The position numbers and the translations under genes were made by a program. DNA of 40,233 nt from the sequence record PZ445540.1; one strand, given 5' to 3'. The first letter of the stretch is position 1. Each line of letters begins with the position of its first letter. Shown piece after piece: positions 1-7,718 of the stretch. Below the pieces are notes generated by a model. That model had not been told where the DNA came from. It searched no databases and saw only the letters and a list, made by a program, of their open reading frames with translations. The stretch is from a phage.

Positions 1-1515
1 ATGACGCGAGGTGAGCGTGTAATAGCGTTCATTGAGCGCTTTTGCATCGTGCCGGAAGGCAAGCTTATCGGCCAGCCAATGAGGCTGGACCCCTTTCAGA
101 AAGAATTCATCCTGGCGGTTTACGACAATCCAGCCGGAACGGATATGGCGATCCTCAGCATCGCCCGAAAAAATGGTAAGACTGGCCTAATTGCCGGAAT
201 TCTGCTGGCTCACCTGGTGGGGCCTGAAGCCGTGCAGAACACGCAGATTGTCAGCGGTGCACTCAGCCGGGAACAGGCGGCCATCGTTTTTAACCTTGCG
301 GTGAAGATGGTTAACCTAAACCCCAAGCTGCAGGAGATTGTGCACATTACGCCAAGCGGCAAAAAGCTGATCGGCCTGCCGTGTAACGTCGAATACAAGG
401 CCTTATCCGCAGAAGGTAAGACGACGCACGGCCTTTCCCCCATTCTGGCCATTCTCGATGAAACCGGGCAGGTTAGGGGACCACAGGATGATTTTATCGA
501 TGCAATAACTACGGCGCAGGGGGCCCACGAAAGCCCGCTGCTGATTGTTATCAGTACGCAGGCAGCAAACGATGCTGATCTGCTGAGCATCTGGATTGAT
601 GATGCGGTCAAATCGAAAGATCCGCACATCGTGTGCCACGTTTATGAAGCGCCAAAAGACGCTGATATCAGTAAACGCGAGTCCTGGCTGGCTGCGAACC
701 CGGCGCTGGGAACATTCAGGTCAGAAAAAGACATGGCGCGCCAGGCTGAGAAAGCTGGCCGAATGCCAAGCTTCGAAAACACCTTCCGAAACCTCAACCT
801 CAATCAGCGCGTTTCTACCGTATCGCCGTTTATCTCCCGCAGCGTGTGGGAGCTGTGCGGAGATATGCCGATTAACACGCCGAGGAAGTGGTACGCGGGG
901 CTGGATCTGTCAGCCAGGAACGACTTAACGGCGCTGGTTATTGCTGGTGAAGCAGATGATGGTGTCTGGGATGTTTTCCCCTTCTTCTGGACACCGCAAA
1001 AGACTCTTGAAGAGCGAACCAAAACGGACCGCGCACCCTATGACGTCTGGGTGAGAGAGGGGTTGCTGCGCACCACGCCAGGCGCTTCGGTGGATTACTC
1101 ATTCGTCGTTGCGGATATCGCTGAAATTATCGGTGATTTCGACCTTACGTCGATGGCTTTTGACCGCTGGCGCATTGACCAGTTCAGGAAGGATGCCGAT
1201 GCCATTGGGCTGAGCCTCCCGCTGGTCGAGTTCGGCCAGGGCTTTAAGGATATGGGGCCAGCTGTAGACACACTGGAGTCTCTGATGCTTAACGGGCGTG
1301 TGAGGCATGGCATGCACCCCGTATTAACGATGTGTGCTGTGAATGCGGTGGTGGTGAAAGATGCTGCTGGCAACCGCAAGCTCGATAAATCCAAAGCAAC
1401 GGGCCGTATTGATGGCATGGTCGCAATGACAATGTCCGTTGGTGCTGCTAATGGGGAAGTTACCGAACCGGGTGGTGACTTCGACGACTTTATTTTCCGA
1501 CCGCTGAGCATGTGA
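1..1515 (+). CDS. terminase large subunit
   Basis: 504 aa ORF with Walker A-like 'ARKNGKTG' near the N-terminus and Terminase_1-like layout; directly followed by the portal gene; TerS lies at the window end, 6 nt before position 1 if the sequence is circular. Confidence 0.88.
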   Translation: MTRGERVIAFIERFCIVPEGKLIGQPMRLDPFQKEFILAVYDNPAGTDMAILSIARKNGKTGLIAGILLAHLVGPEAVQNTQIVSGALSREQAAIVFNLAVKMVNLNPKLQEIVHITPSGKKLIGLPCNVEYKALSAEGKTTHGLSPILAILDETGQVRGPQDDFIDAITTAQGAHESPLLIVISTQAANDADLLSIWIDDAVKSKDPHIVCHVYEAPKDADISKRESWLAANPALGTFRSEKDMARQAEKAGRMPSFENTFRNLNLNQRVSTVSPFISRSVWELCGDMPINTPRKWYAGLDLSARNDLTALVIAGEADDGVWDVFPFFWTPQKTLEERTKTDRAPYDVWVREGLLRTTPGASVDYSFVVADIAEIIGDFDLTSMAFDRWRIDQFRKDADAIGLSLPLVEFGQGFKDMGPAVDTLESLMLNGRVRHGMHPVLTMCAVNAVVVKDAAGNRKLDKSKATGRIDGMVAMTMSVGAANGEVTEPGGDFDDFIFRPLSM

Positions 1516-2789
1516 TGGAAGAACCTAAATACACGATTGACCTGCGAACCAATAACGGCTGGTGGGCAAGGCTGCAGTCCTGGTTTGTCGGCGGGCGTTT
1601 AGTCACCCCAAATCAGGGCTCACAGACGGGACCTGTTTCGGCCCACGGACACCTGGGCGATTCATCCATTAACGATGAACGGATACTGCAAATTTCGACG
1701 GTTTGGCGCTGCGTGAGCCTGATTTCAACGCTCACGGCATGCTTACCGCTTGATGTCTTCGAAACAGACGAGAATGACAACCGCAAAAAAGTGGGTTTGA
1801 GCAATCCGCTGGCGCGACTGCTGCGCTACTCACCGAATCAGTACATGACCGCCCAGGAATTCAGGGAGGCCATGACGATGCAGCTTTGTTTCTACGGTAA
1901 CGCATATGCACTAGTGGACCGCAACAGCGCGGGTGACGTGATCAGCCTTCTCCCGCTTCAGTCTGCCAATATGGATGTGAAACTCGTCGGAAAAAAAGTG
2001 GTTTATCGCTATCAACGCGACAGCGAATACGCCGACTTTTCGCAGAGAGAGATTTTTCACCTTAAAGGCTTCGGATTCACCGGGCTGGTCGGCCTGTCAC
2101 CCATTGCTTTTGCCTGTAAATCAGCAGGTGTTGCAGTTGCGATGGAGGACCAGCAGCGAGATTTCTTTGCCAACGGCGCCAAGTCTCCGCAAATCCTCTC
2201 AACCGGCGAAAAAGTGCTGACTGAACAGCAGCGTTCGCAGGTCGAAGAGAACTTTAAAGAGATAGCCGGCGGCCCGGTAAAAAAACGCCTCTGGATTCTG
2301 GAAGCGGGCTTTTCTACCTCAGCAATTGGCGTAACGCCACAGGATGCCGAAATGATGGCGTCCCGAAAATTTCAGGTCAGCGAGCTGGCGCGGTTCTTTG
2401 GCGTACCGCCTCACCTTGTCGGCGACGTTGAGAAGTCAACGAGCTGGGGATCGGGTATCGAGCAGCAGAATCTCGGCTTCCTGCAGTACACGCTGCAGCC
2501 CTATATCTCCCGGTGGGAAAACAGCATTCAGCGATGGCTGATCCCGTCTAATGATGTCGGTCGCCTGCATGCTGAGCACAATCTTGATGGTCTGCTGAGG
2601 GGCGATTCTGCCTCCCGTGCCGCGTTCATGAAGGCAATGGGAGAGTCCGGCCTCCGTACCATCAACGAAATGCGCCGAACGGACAACATGCCGCCATTAC
2701 CTGGTGGCGATGTGGCGATGCGACAGGCGCAGTATGTGCCAATTACCGACTTAGGAACCAACAAAGAGCCCCGTAATGACGGGGCTTAA
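1515..2789 (+). CDS. portal protein (HK97-family-like)
   Basis: ~424 aa ORF whose ATG at 1515 overlaps the TerL stop (ATGTGATG); size and position between TerL and the prohead protease are typical for a portal. Confidence 0.85.
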   Translation: MEEPKYTIDLRTNNGWWARLQSWFVGGRLVTPNQGSQTGPVSAHGHLGDSSINDERILQISTVWRCVSLISTLTACLPLDVFETDENDNRKKVGLSNPLARLLRYSPNQYMTAQEFREAMTMQLCFYGNAYALVDRNSAGDVISLLPLQSANMDVKLVGKKVVYRYQRDSEYADFSQREIFHLKGFGFTGLVGLSPIAFACKSAGVAVAMEDQQRDFFANGAKSPQILSTGEKVLTEQQRSQVEENFKEIAGGPVKKRLWILEAGFSTSAIGVTPQDAEMMASRKFQVSELARFFGVPPHLVGDVEKSTSWGSGIEQQNLGFLQYTLQPYISRWENSIQRWLIPSNDVGRLHAEHNLDGLLRGDSASRAAFMKAMGESGLRTINEMRRTDNMPPLPGGDVAMRQAQYVPITDLGTNKEPRNDGA

Positions 2790-2794
2790 TTTTT

Positions 2795-3484
2795 ATGGGG
2801 GCCGTGATGCCTGAAATCGTAAAAACGCTGTCTTTCGACGAGACAGAAATCAAGTTCACCGGTGACGGGAAGCAGGGGATTTTCGAAGGCTATGCCTCAG
2901 TTTTCAATAACACCGATTCCGATGGCGACATCATTCTGCCCGGGGCGTTTAAGAACGCACTGGCGAACCAGACCCGCAAAGTGGCGATGTTTTTCAACCA
3001 CAAGACGTGGGAGCTGCCGGTTGGTAAATGGGACAGCCTGGCCGAAGACGAAAAAGGCCTGTATGTGCGCGGTCAACTTACCCCAGGGCACAGCGGCGCC
3101 GCCGACCTGAAAGCTGCAATGCAGCACGGTACGGTTGAGGGTATGTCGGTTGGCTTTTCCGTTGCGAAAGACGATTACACCATCATTCCAACAGGCCGCA
3201 TTTTTAAGAATATCCAGGCTCTGCGCGAAATCAGCGTCTGCACTTTCCCCGCCAACGAACAGGCTGGCATCGCAGCCATGAAAAGTGTCGATGGCATTGA
3301 AACGATTCGTGATGTGGAGAACTGGCTGAGGGATTCAGTCGGGCTCACCAAATCACAGGCAGTTGGGTTAATAGCCCGGTTTAAGTCAGCGATTCGGAGC
3401 GAGTCCGAGGGCGACGGAAACGAAGCACAAATCAACGCTCTGCTTCAGAGCATTAAATCTTTCCCTTCCAATTTAGGTAATTAA
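2795..3484 (+). CDS. prohead maturation protease (HK97-type, S78-like)
   Basis: 229 aa; N-terminal 'GYASVFNNTDSDGDIILPGAF' matches the conserved protease core of HK97 prohead proteases; sits between portal and capsid genes. Confidence 0.82.
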   Translation: MGAVMPEIVKTLSFDETEIKFTGDGKQGIFEGYASVFNNTDSDGDIILPGAFKNALANQTRKVAMFFNHKTWELPVGKWDSLAEDEKGLYVRGQLTPGHSGAADLKAAMQHGTVEGMSVGFSVAKDDYTIIPTGRIFKNIQALREISVCTFPANEQAGIAAMKSVDGIETIRDVENWLRDSVGLTKSQAVGLIARFKSAIRSESEGDGNEAQINALLQSIKSFPSNLGN

Positions 3485-3486
3485 TT

Positions 3487-4644
3487 ATGTCTGAACTCGC
3501 TCTCATTCAAAAAGCAATCGAAGAATCCCAGCAGAAAATGACCCAGCTGTTCGATGCGCAGAAAGCTGAAATCGAAAGCACGGGCCAGGTTTCCAAACAG
3601 CTGCAGTCCGACCTGGCAAAAGTACAGGAAGAACTGTCCAAATCCGGTACCCGCCTCTTCGATCTGGAACAAAAACTGGCTTCCGGTGCTGAAAATCCGG
3701 GTGAGAAGAAATCCTTCTCTGAACGTGCCGCTGAAGAGCTCATCAAGTCATGGGACGGCAAACAGGGCACCTTCGACGCGAAGACGTTTAACAAGTCTCT
3801 CGGCAGTGACGCTGATTCTGCTGGCTCACTGATCCAGCCGATGCAGATCCCTGGCATCATCATGCCGGGCCTGCGCCGTCTGACTATTCGTGACCTGCTG
3901 GCTCAGGGCCGAATTTCCAGCAACGCTCTCGAATACGTGCGTGAAGAGGTGTTTACCAATAACGCCGACGTAGTGGCAGAGAAGGCGCTTAAGCCAGAGT
4001 CAGATATCACCTTCAGCAAACAGACCGCGAACGTAAAGACCATCGCGCACTGGGTGCAGGCATCACGTCAGGTGATGGACGATGCGCCAATGCTGCAGTC
4101 CTACGTTAACAACCGCCTCATGTACGGTCTGGCACTGAAGGAAGAAGGCCAGCTGCTGAACGGCGACGGCACCGGGGATAACCTGGAAGGTCTGAACAAA
4201 GTGGCAACCGCCTACGACACCTCGCTGAATGCAACCGGCGACACCCGCGCCGACATTATCGCTCACGCCATTTATCAGGTGACAGAGTCTGAGTTTAGCG
4301 CTTCCGGTATCGTCCTGAACCCGCGCGACTGGCACAACATTGCGCTGCTGAAAGACAACGAAGGCCGCTATATCTTCGGTGGTCCTCAGGCGTTTACCAG
4401 CAACATCATGTGGGGCCTGCCGGTGGTACCGACCAAGGCACAGGCAGCGGGTACCTTCACTGTGGGCGGTTTCGACATGGCATCTCAGGTCTGGGATCGC
4501 ATGGATGCCACCGTAGAAGTCAGCCGCGAAGATCGCGACAACTTCGTGAAAAACATGCTGACCATCCTGTGTGAAGAACGCCTTGCGCTGGCGCACTATC
4601 GCCCGACGGCAATCATCAAGGGCACTTTCTCTTCTGGCTCATGA
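3487..4644 (+). CDS. major capsid protein (HK97 fold) with N-terminal delta/scaffold domain
   Basis: 385 aa; coiled-coil-rich N-terminal ~100 aa (delta domain) followed by a capsid-like body; strong RBS; intrinsic terminator-like hairpin immediately downstream. Confidence 0.85.
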   Translation: MSELALIQKAIEESQQKMTQLFDAQKAEIESTGQVSKQLQSDLAKVQEELSKSGTRLFDLEQKLASGAENPGEKKSFSERAAEELIKSWDGKQGTFDAKTFNKSLGSDADSAGSLIQPMQIPGIIMPGLRRLTIRDLLAQGRISSNALEYVREEVFTNNADVVAEKALKPESDITFSKQTANVKTIAHWVQASRQVMDDAPMLQSYVNNRLMYGLALKEEGQLLNGDGTGDNLEGLNKVATAYDTSLNATGDTRADIIAHAIYQVTESEFSASGIVLNPRDWHNIALLKDNEGRYIFGGPQAFTSNIMWGLPVVPTKAQAAGTFTVGGFDMASQVWDRMDATVEVSREDRDNFVKNMLTILCEERLALAHYRPTAIIKGTFSSGS

Positions 4645-4650
4645 TGGAGG

Positions 4651-4675
4651 AGGGCGGGGTAACCCGCCCTTTTAA
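4651..4675 (+). terminator. hairpin + T-run after the capsid gene (terminator/attenuator)
   Basis: agggcggggtaacccgccct followed by TTTTA; GC stem of 6-7 bp. Confidence 0.5.
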
Positions 4676-4678
4676 CGT

Positions 4679-5005
4679 ATGGCGATAGATGTTTTGGATG
4701 TAATTAGCCTCCCCCTTTTCAAACAGCAGATTGAGTTTGAGGAGGATGACAGGGACGAGCTGATCACGCTGTACGCACAGGCAGCCTTTGACTACTGCTA
4801 CCGGTGGTGTGATGAACCGGCATGGAAAGCGGCAACTGACATTCCTGCAGCAGTGAAGGGCGCCGTACTGCTGGTGTTTGCGGACATGTTCGAGCACAGG
4901 ACCGCGCAGAGTGAAGTACAGCTTTATGAGAACGCCGCCGCAGAACGGATGATGTTCATCCATCGCAACTGGCGCGGTAAATCTGAACCTGAGGAGGGCT
5001 CCTGA
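4679..5005 (+). CDS. head-tail connector protein (gp6-like)
   Basis: 108 aa; position right after the capsid gene; sequence character of Phage_connect-type adaptor. Confidence 0.6.
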   Translation: MAIDVLDVISLPLFKQQIEFEEDDRDELITLYAQAAFDYCYRWCDEPAWKAATDIPAAVKGAVLLVFADMFEHRTAQSEVQLYENAAAERMMFIHRNWRGKSEPEEGS

Positions 5006-5343
5006 TGGAACCTGGACGATTCAGGCACCGGGTAAAAATTCTCACCTTCACGACTTCGCGCGATCCATCTGGTCAGCCGGTTGAATCGTGGACTAGTGGC
5101 AACACGGTCCCGGCTGAGGTAAAGGGGATCAGCGGCAGAGAGCAGCTTTCAGGCGGCGCGGAAACGGCGCAGGCAACCATTCGCGTCTGGATGCGCTTCA
5201 GGTCAGAGCTGAACGCCTCTTCTCGTCTGGAAGTGCTCAGCGGCCCGTATAAAGGTCAGGTGCTAAATATCATCGGTCCTCCTGTAGCAAATGCGACCGC
5301 CACTCGCCTGGAAATTCTTTGCAAAACGGGAGCTGAAAAATGA
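5005..5343 (+). CDS. head closure / head-tail adaptor protein
   Basis: 112 aa; overlapping start with upstream gene (ATGA); position and size typical. Confidence 0.6.
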   Translation: MEPGRFRHRVKILTFTTSRDPSGQPVESWTSGNTVPAEVKGISGREQLSGGAETAQATIRVWMRFRSELNASSRLEVLSGPYKGQVLNIIGPPVANATATRLEILCKTGAEK

Positions 5344-5789
5344 TTGAGACGGGCCTCGATTTTTCCGGGCTGAATGACATCGCAAAGGATCTGGAGGCGC
5401 TTAGCCGCGCTGAAAACAACAAGGTTCTGCGTGATGCCACGCGCGCCGGAGCCGAAGTGCTTAAGCAAGAAGTGATCGCCCGCGCTCCCGTGCGTACCGG
5501 GAAACTGAAAAAAAACGTGGTGGTGGTGACCCAAAAAAGCCGCCGCCACGGGGACATTTCTTCCGGTGTCCACATTCGTGGTGTCAACCCGCGTACCGGA
5601 AACAGCGATAACACGATGAAGGCGAATAACCCGAGAAATGCCTTTTACTGGCGGTTCGTCGAAATGGGTACGGTGAATATGCCGCCACATCCGTTTGTGC
5701 GACCCGCTTACGATACGCGCGAGGAAGAGGCCGCCAGCGTCGCCATTGCTAGGATGAATCAGGCTATTGATGAGGTGTTGAGCAAGTGA
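5340..5789 (+). CDS. HK97 gp10-like tail component
   Basis: 149 aa; 'RAPVRTGKLKKN' and 'FYWRFVEMGT...PHPFVRPA' motifs typical of the HK97 gp10 family; overlapping start. Confidence 0.7.
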   Translation: MIETGLDFSGLNDIAKDLEALSRAENNKVLRDATRAGAEVLKQEVIARAPVRTGKLKKNVVVVTQKSRRHGDISSGVHIRGVNPRTGNSDNTMKANNPRNAFYWRFVEMGTVNMPPHPFVRPAYDTREEEAASVAIARMNQAIDEVLSK

Positions 5790-6133
5790 ATGAAGATGAT
5801 ATCTACGCTTTGCTTTCTCCCCTGGCAGAAGGGCGGGTATATCCCTACGTTGCGCCATTAGGTAGCGACGGAAAACCGTCTGTCTCGCCACCCTGGATTA
5901 TCTTTTCCATCGTCGATGATGTTTCCGCTGACGTGCTGTGTGGCCAGGCAGAGAGCAGGGTTTCCGTTCAGGTCGATGTGTATTCCACTTCGATCGCTGA
6001 ATCACGCTCCCTGAGAGATTTGGCGCTCGCTTCGCTTAAGCCGTTAAACCCTACAGAGGTGGTAAAAATCCCCGGGTACGAGCCAGATTATCGGCTCTAC
6101 CGTGCCACCCTGGATTTTAAAGTTACCCCCTGA
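5786..6133 (+). CDS. tail completion protein (gp11-like)
   Basis: 115 aa; position between gp10-like gene and the major tail protein gene. Confidence 0.5.
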   Translation: MNEDDIYALLSPLAEGRVYPYVAPLGSDGKPSVSPPWIIFSIVDDVSADVLCGQAESRVSVQVDVYSTSIAESRSLRDLALASLKPLNPTEVVKIPGYEPDYRLYRATLDFKVTP

Positions 6134-6153
6134 CAATTAATTCACCCAACGAA

Positions 6154-6180
6154 CCCGCCTGATGGCGGTTTTTCTTTTTC
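6154..6180 (+). terminator. hairpin + T-run upstream of the major tail gene
   Basis: cccgcctgatggcgg followed by TTTTTCTTTTT; lies in the 59-nt gap before the major tail protein RBS. Confidence 0.45.
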
Positions 6181-6192
6181 CAGGAGACAGCT

Positions 6193-6636
6193 ATGTCTGC
6201 ACTTTATGAAAAATCGCAGCTGACGAAGATCCTTATTTCCTCTCTGCCAGCCACCAAAGAAACGATGGATTCCGCAACCTTCCTCGATCTGAGTTGCACC
6301 ATCAAAGAAATTCAGTTCACCGGTGGTCAGAAGCAGGATATCGACGTAACGACGCTTTGCTCGACCGAGCAGGAGAACATTAACGGTCTGCCTTCTCCGT
6401 CAGAAATCTCTCTGTCCGGAAACTTCTACAAGAATCCGGCGCAGGACGCCTTGCGTGATGCGTATGACAACGATACTACCTACGCGTTCCAGGTTATCTT
6501 CCCGTCCGGCAAGGGCTTTAAGTTCCTGGCTGAAATCCGCCAGCACACCTGGTCTTCCGGTACCAACGGCGTAGTGGCGGCAACGTTCTCCCTGCGCCTG
6601 AAAGGTAAGCCTGAAAGCATCGAGTCTGGCTCCTGA
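6193..6636 (+). CDS. major tail protein
   Basis: 147 aa; strong RBS (AGGAG); position before the tail assembly chaperones and tape measure. Confidence 0.65.
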   Translation: MSALYEKSQLTKILISSLPATKETMDSATFLDLSCTIKEIQFTGGQKQDIDVTTLCSTEQENINGLPSPSEISLSGNFYKNPAQDALRDAYDNDTTYAFQVIFPSGKGFKFLAEIRQHTWSSGTNGVVAATFSLRLKGKPESIESGS

Positions 6637-6644
6637 GAGGTCGC

Positions 6645-7028
6645 ATGAAGAATATTAAAAATCTCGCCCTGGCTAAGATGTCGGGTTTTCGTCATAAGAC
6701 GGTCGCCGTTCCTGAGTGGGAAGGCGTCAAAGTGGTTCTCCGTGAGCCGTCAGGTGAAGCCTGGCTGCGCTGGCAGGAGGTGGTGAAATGGGGTGCCGAC
6801 GATGAAAATGTGTCGGTATCGGAAAAGGCGCACCGTAATCTTTGCGCTGACGTGGTGCTCTTCATTGACGTCCTGTGCGACACCGATAAGCAACCGGTAT
6901 TCAGCGTAGACGAAGAAGAGCAGGTGCGTGAAATCTACGGCCCCGTCCATTCACGCCTGCTCAAACAGGCTCTTGACCTGATCAACAATGCGGACGAAGC
7001 GCGGGAAAAGTCTCAACCCCCGGCGTAA
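6645..7028 (+). CDS. tail assembly chaperone (G-like)
   Basis: 127 aa acidic protein directly upstream of a -1 frame ORF and the tape measure region. Confidence 0.55.
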   Translation: MKNIKNLALAKMSGFRHKTVAVPEWEGVKVVLREPSGEAWLRWQEVVKWGADDENVSVSEKAHRNLCADVVLFIDVLCDTDKQPVFSVDEEEQVREIYGPVHSRLLKQALDLINNADEAREKSQPPA

Positions 7029-7036
7029 AGTTTCTG

Positions 7037-7315
7037 ATGTCGCTTGCGCTCCGGATGGGGCGCACGCTCTCAGAGCTTCGGCAGAATATGACGGCAAGCG
7101 AGCTTCTGATGTGGATTGAGTACGACAGGCAAAGTCCGGTTGGCGATATTCGTGGTGACATTCAGGCAGCTCAGCTCGTCTCTGCCATCTACGGCTCGCA
7201 GGGGGCAAAAGTACCGCTGGACGATGCGATCCTGCGCTGGGGTGGTGATGAGCAATCAGAACCGAAGGACCAGTTTGCAGGACTTGAGGCTGCACTTACA
7301 GCTGCAACTCAGTGA
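7037..7315 (+). CDS. tail assembly chaperone partner (T-like)
   Basis: 92 aa ORF in the -1 frame relative to the upstream chaperone, with its own ATG; G/T-like arrangement. Confidence 0.4.
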   Translation: MSLALRMGRTLSELRQNMTASELLMWIEYDRQSPVGDIRGDIQAAQLVSAIYGSQGAKVPLDDAILRWGGDEQSEPKDQFAGLEAALTAATQ

Positions 7316-7368
7316 CAAATGAACTACAAAATAATAGGATTATTTTTTTTAATGATTTGGTGAAGGCA

Positions 7369-7662
7369 ATGAAAAAACTAGTCTTATTTGTATTATTTTT
7401 TGGTTTCAGTTGTGTTTCAAATGCAACTCAAACACTGGCTCCATTAGAACCAAATGATTTGCAAAGCTATACGTCTACGATTTGCTCTGATCATGCAAAT
7501 CCTGAATTGTGTAAAAAGGCTTTTTTTAAATTCATGGGCTATATAAAAACAAACGATGATTACTACTATTTCTGTCAAAAGCAAAAAGAGGCAGGGATGA
7601 CGATTAATAAAGATTCATGCAATAAATCGGAAGCTCTGAGAGAATTTTTAGACAAGCCATGA
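7369..7662 (+). CDS. small secreted Cys-containing protein (moron)
   Basis: Internal ATG at 7369 gives MKKLVLFVLFFGFSCVSNA signal peptide; mature ~78 aa with 4 Cys; ~32% GC versus ~52% for the phage; own terminator downstream. Confidence 0.5.
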   Translation: MKKLVLFVLFFGFSCVSNATQTLAPLEPNDLQSYTSTICSDHANPELCKKAFFKFMGYIKTNDDYYYFCQKQKEAGMTINKDSCNKSEALREFLDKP

Positions 7663-7680
7663 GGTTTATATCACAACAAA

Positions 7681-7705
7681 AAGCCCGTTGATGGGCTTTT
7701 TTTTT
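7681..7705 (+). terminator. intrinsic terminator after the moron
   Basis: aagcccgttgatgggctt followed by TTTTTTTT. Confidence 0.65.
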
Positions 7706-7718
7706 CGCCTGGAGAAAA

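Noticed and set aside
6990-7040. Possible -1 programmed frameshift site joining the G-like and T-like chaperone ORFs (GGGAAAAG)
   Set aside because: The heptamer is not in the canonical X_XXY_YYZ register relative to the upstream frame, and the downstream ORF has its own ATG; cannot be supported by eye.
7312-7368. Upstream extension of the secreted-protein ORF starting at 7312
   Set aside because: The extension would place the signal peptide internally; the ATG at 7369 gives a canonical N-terminal signal peptide.
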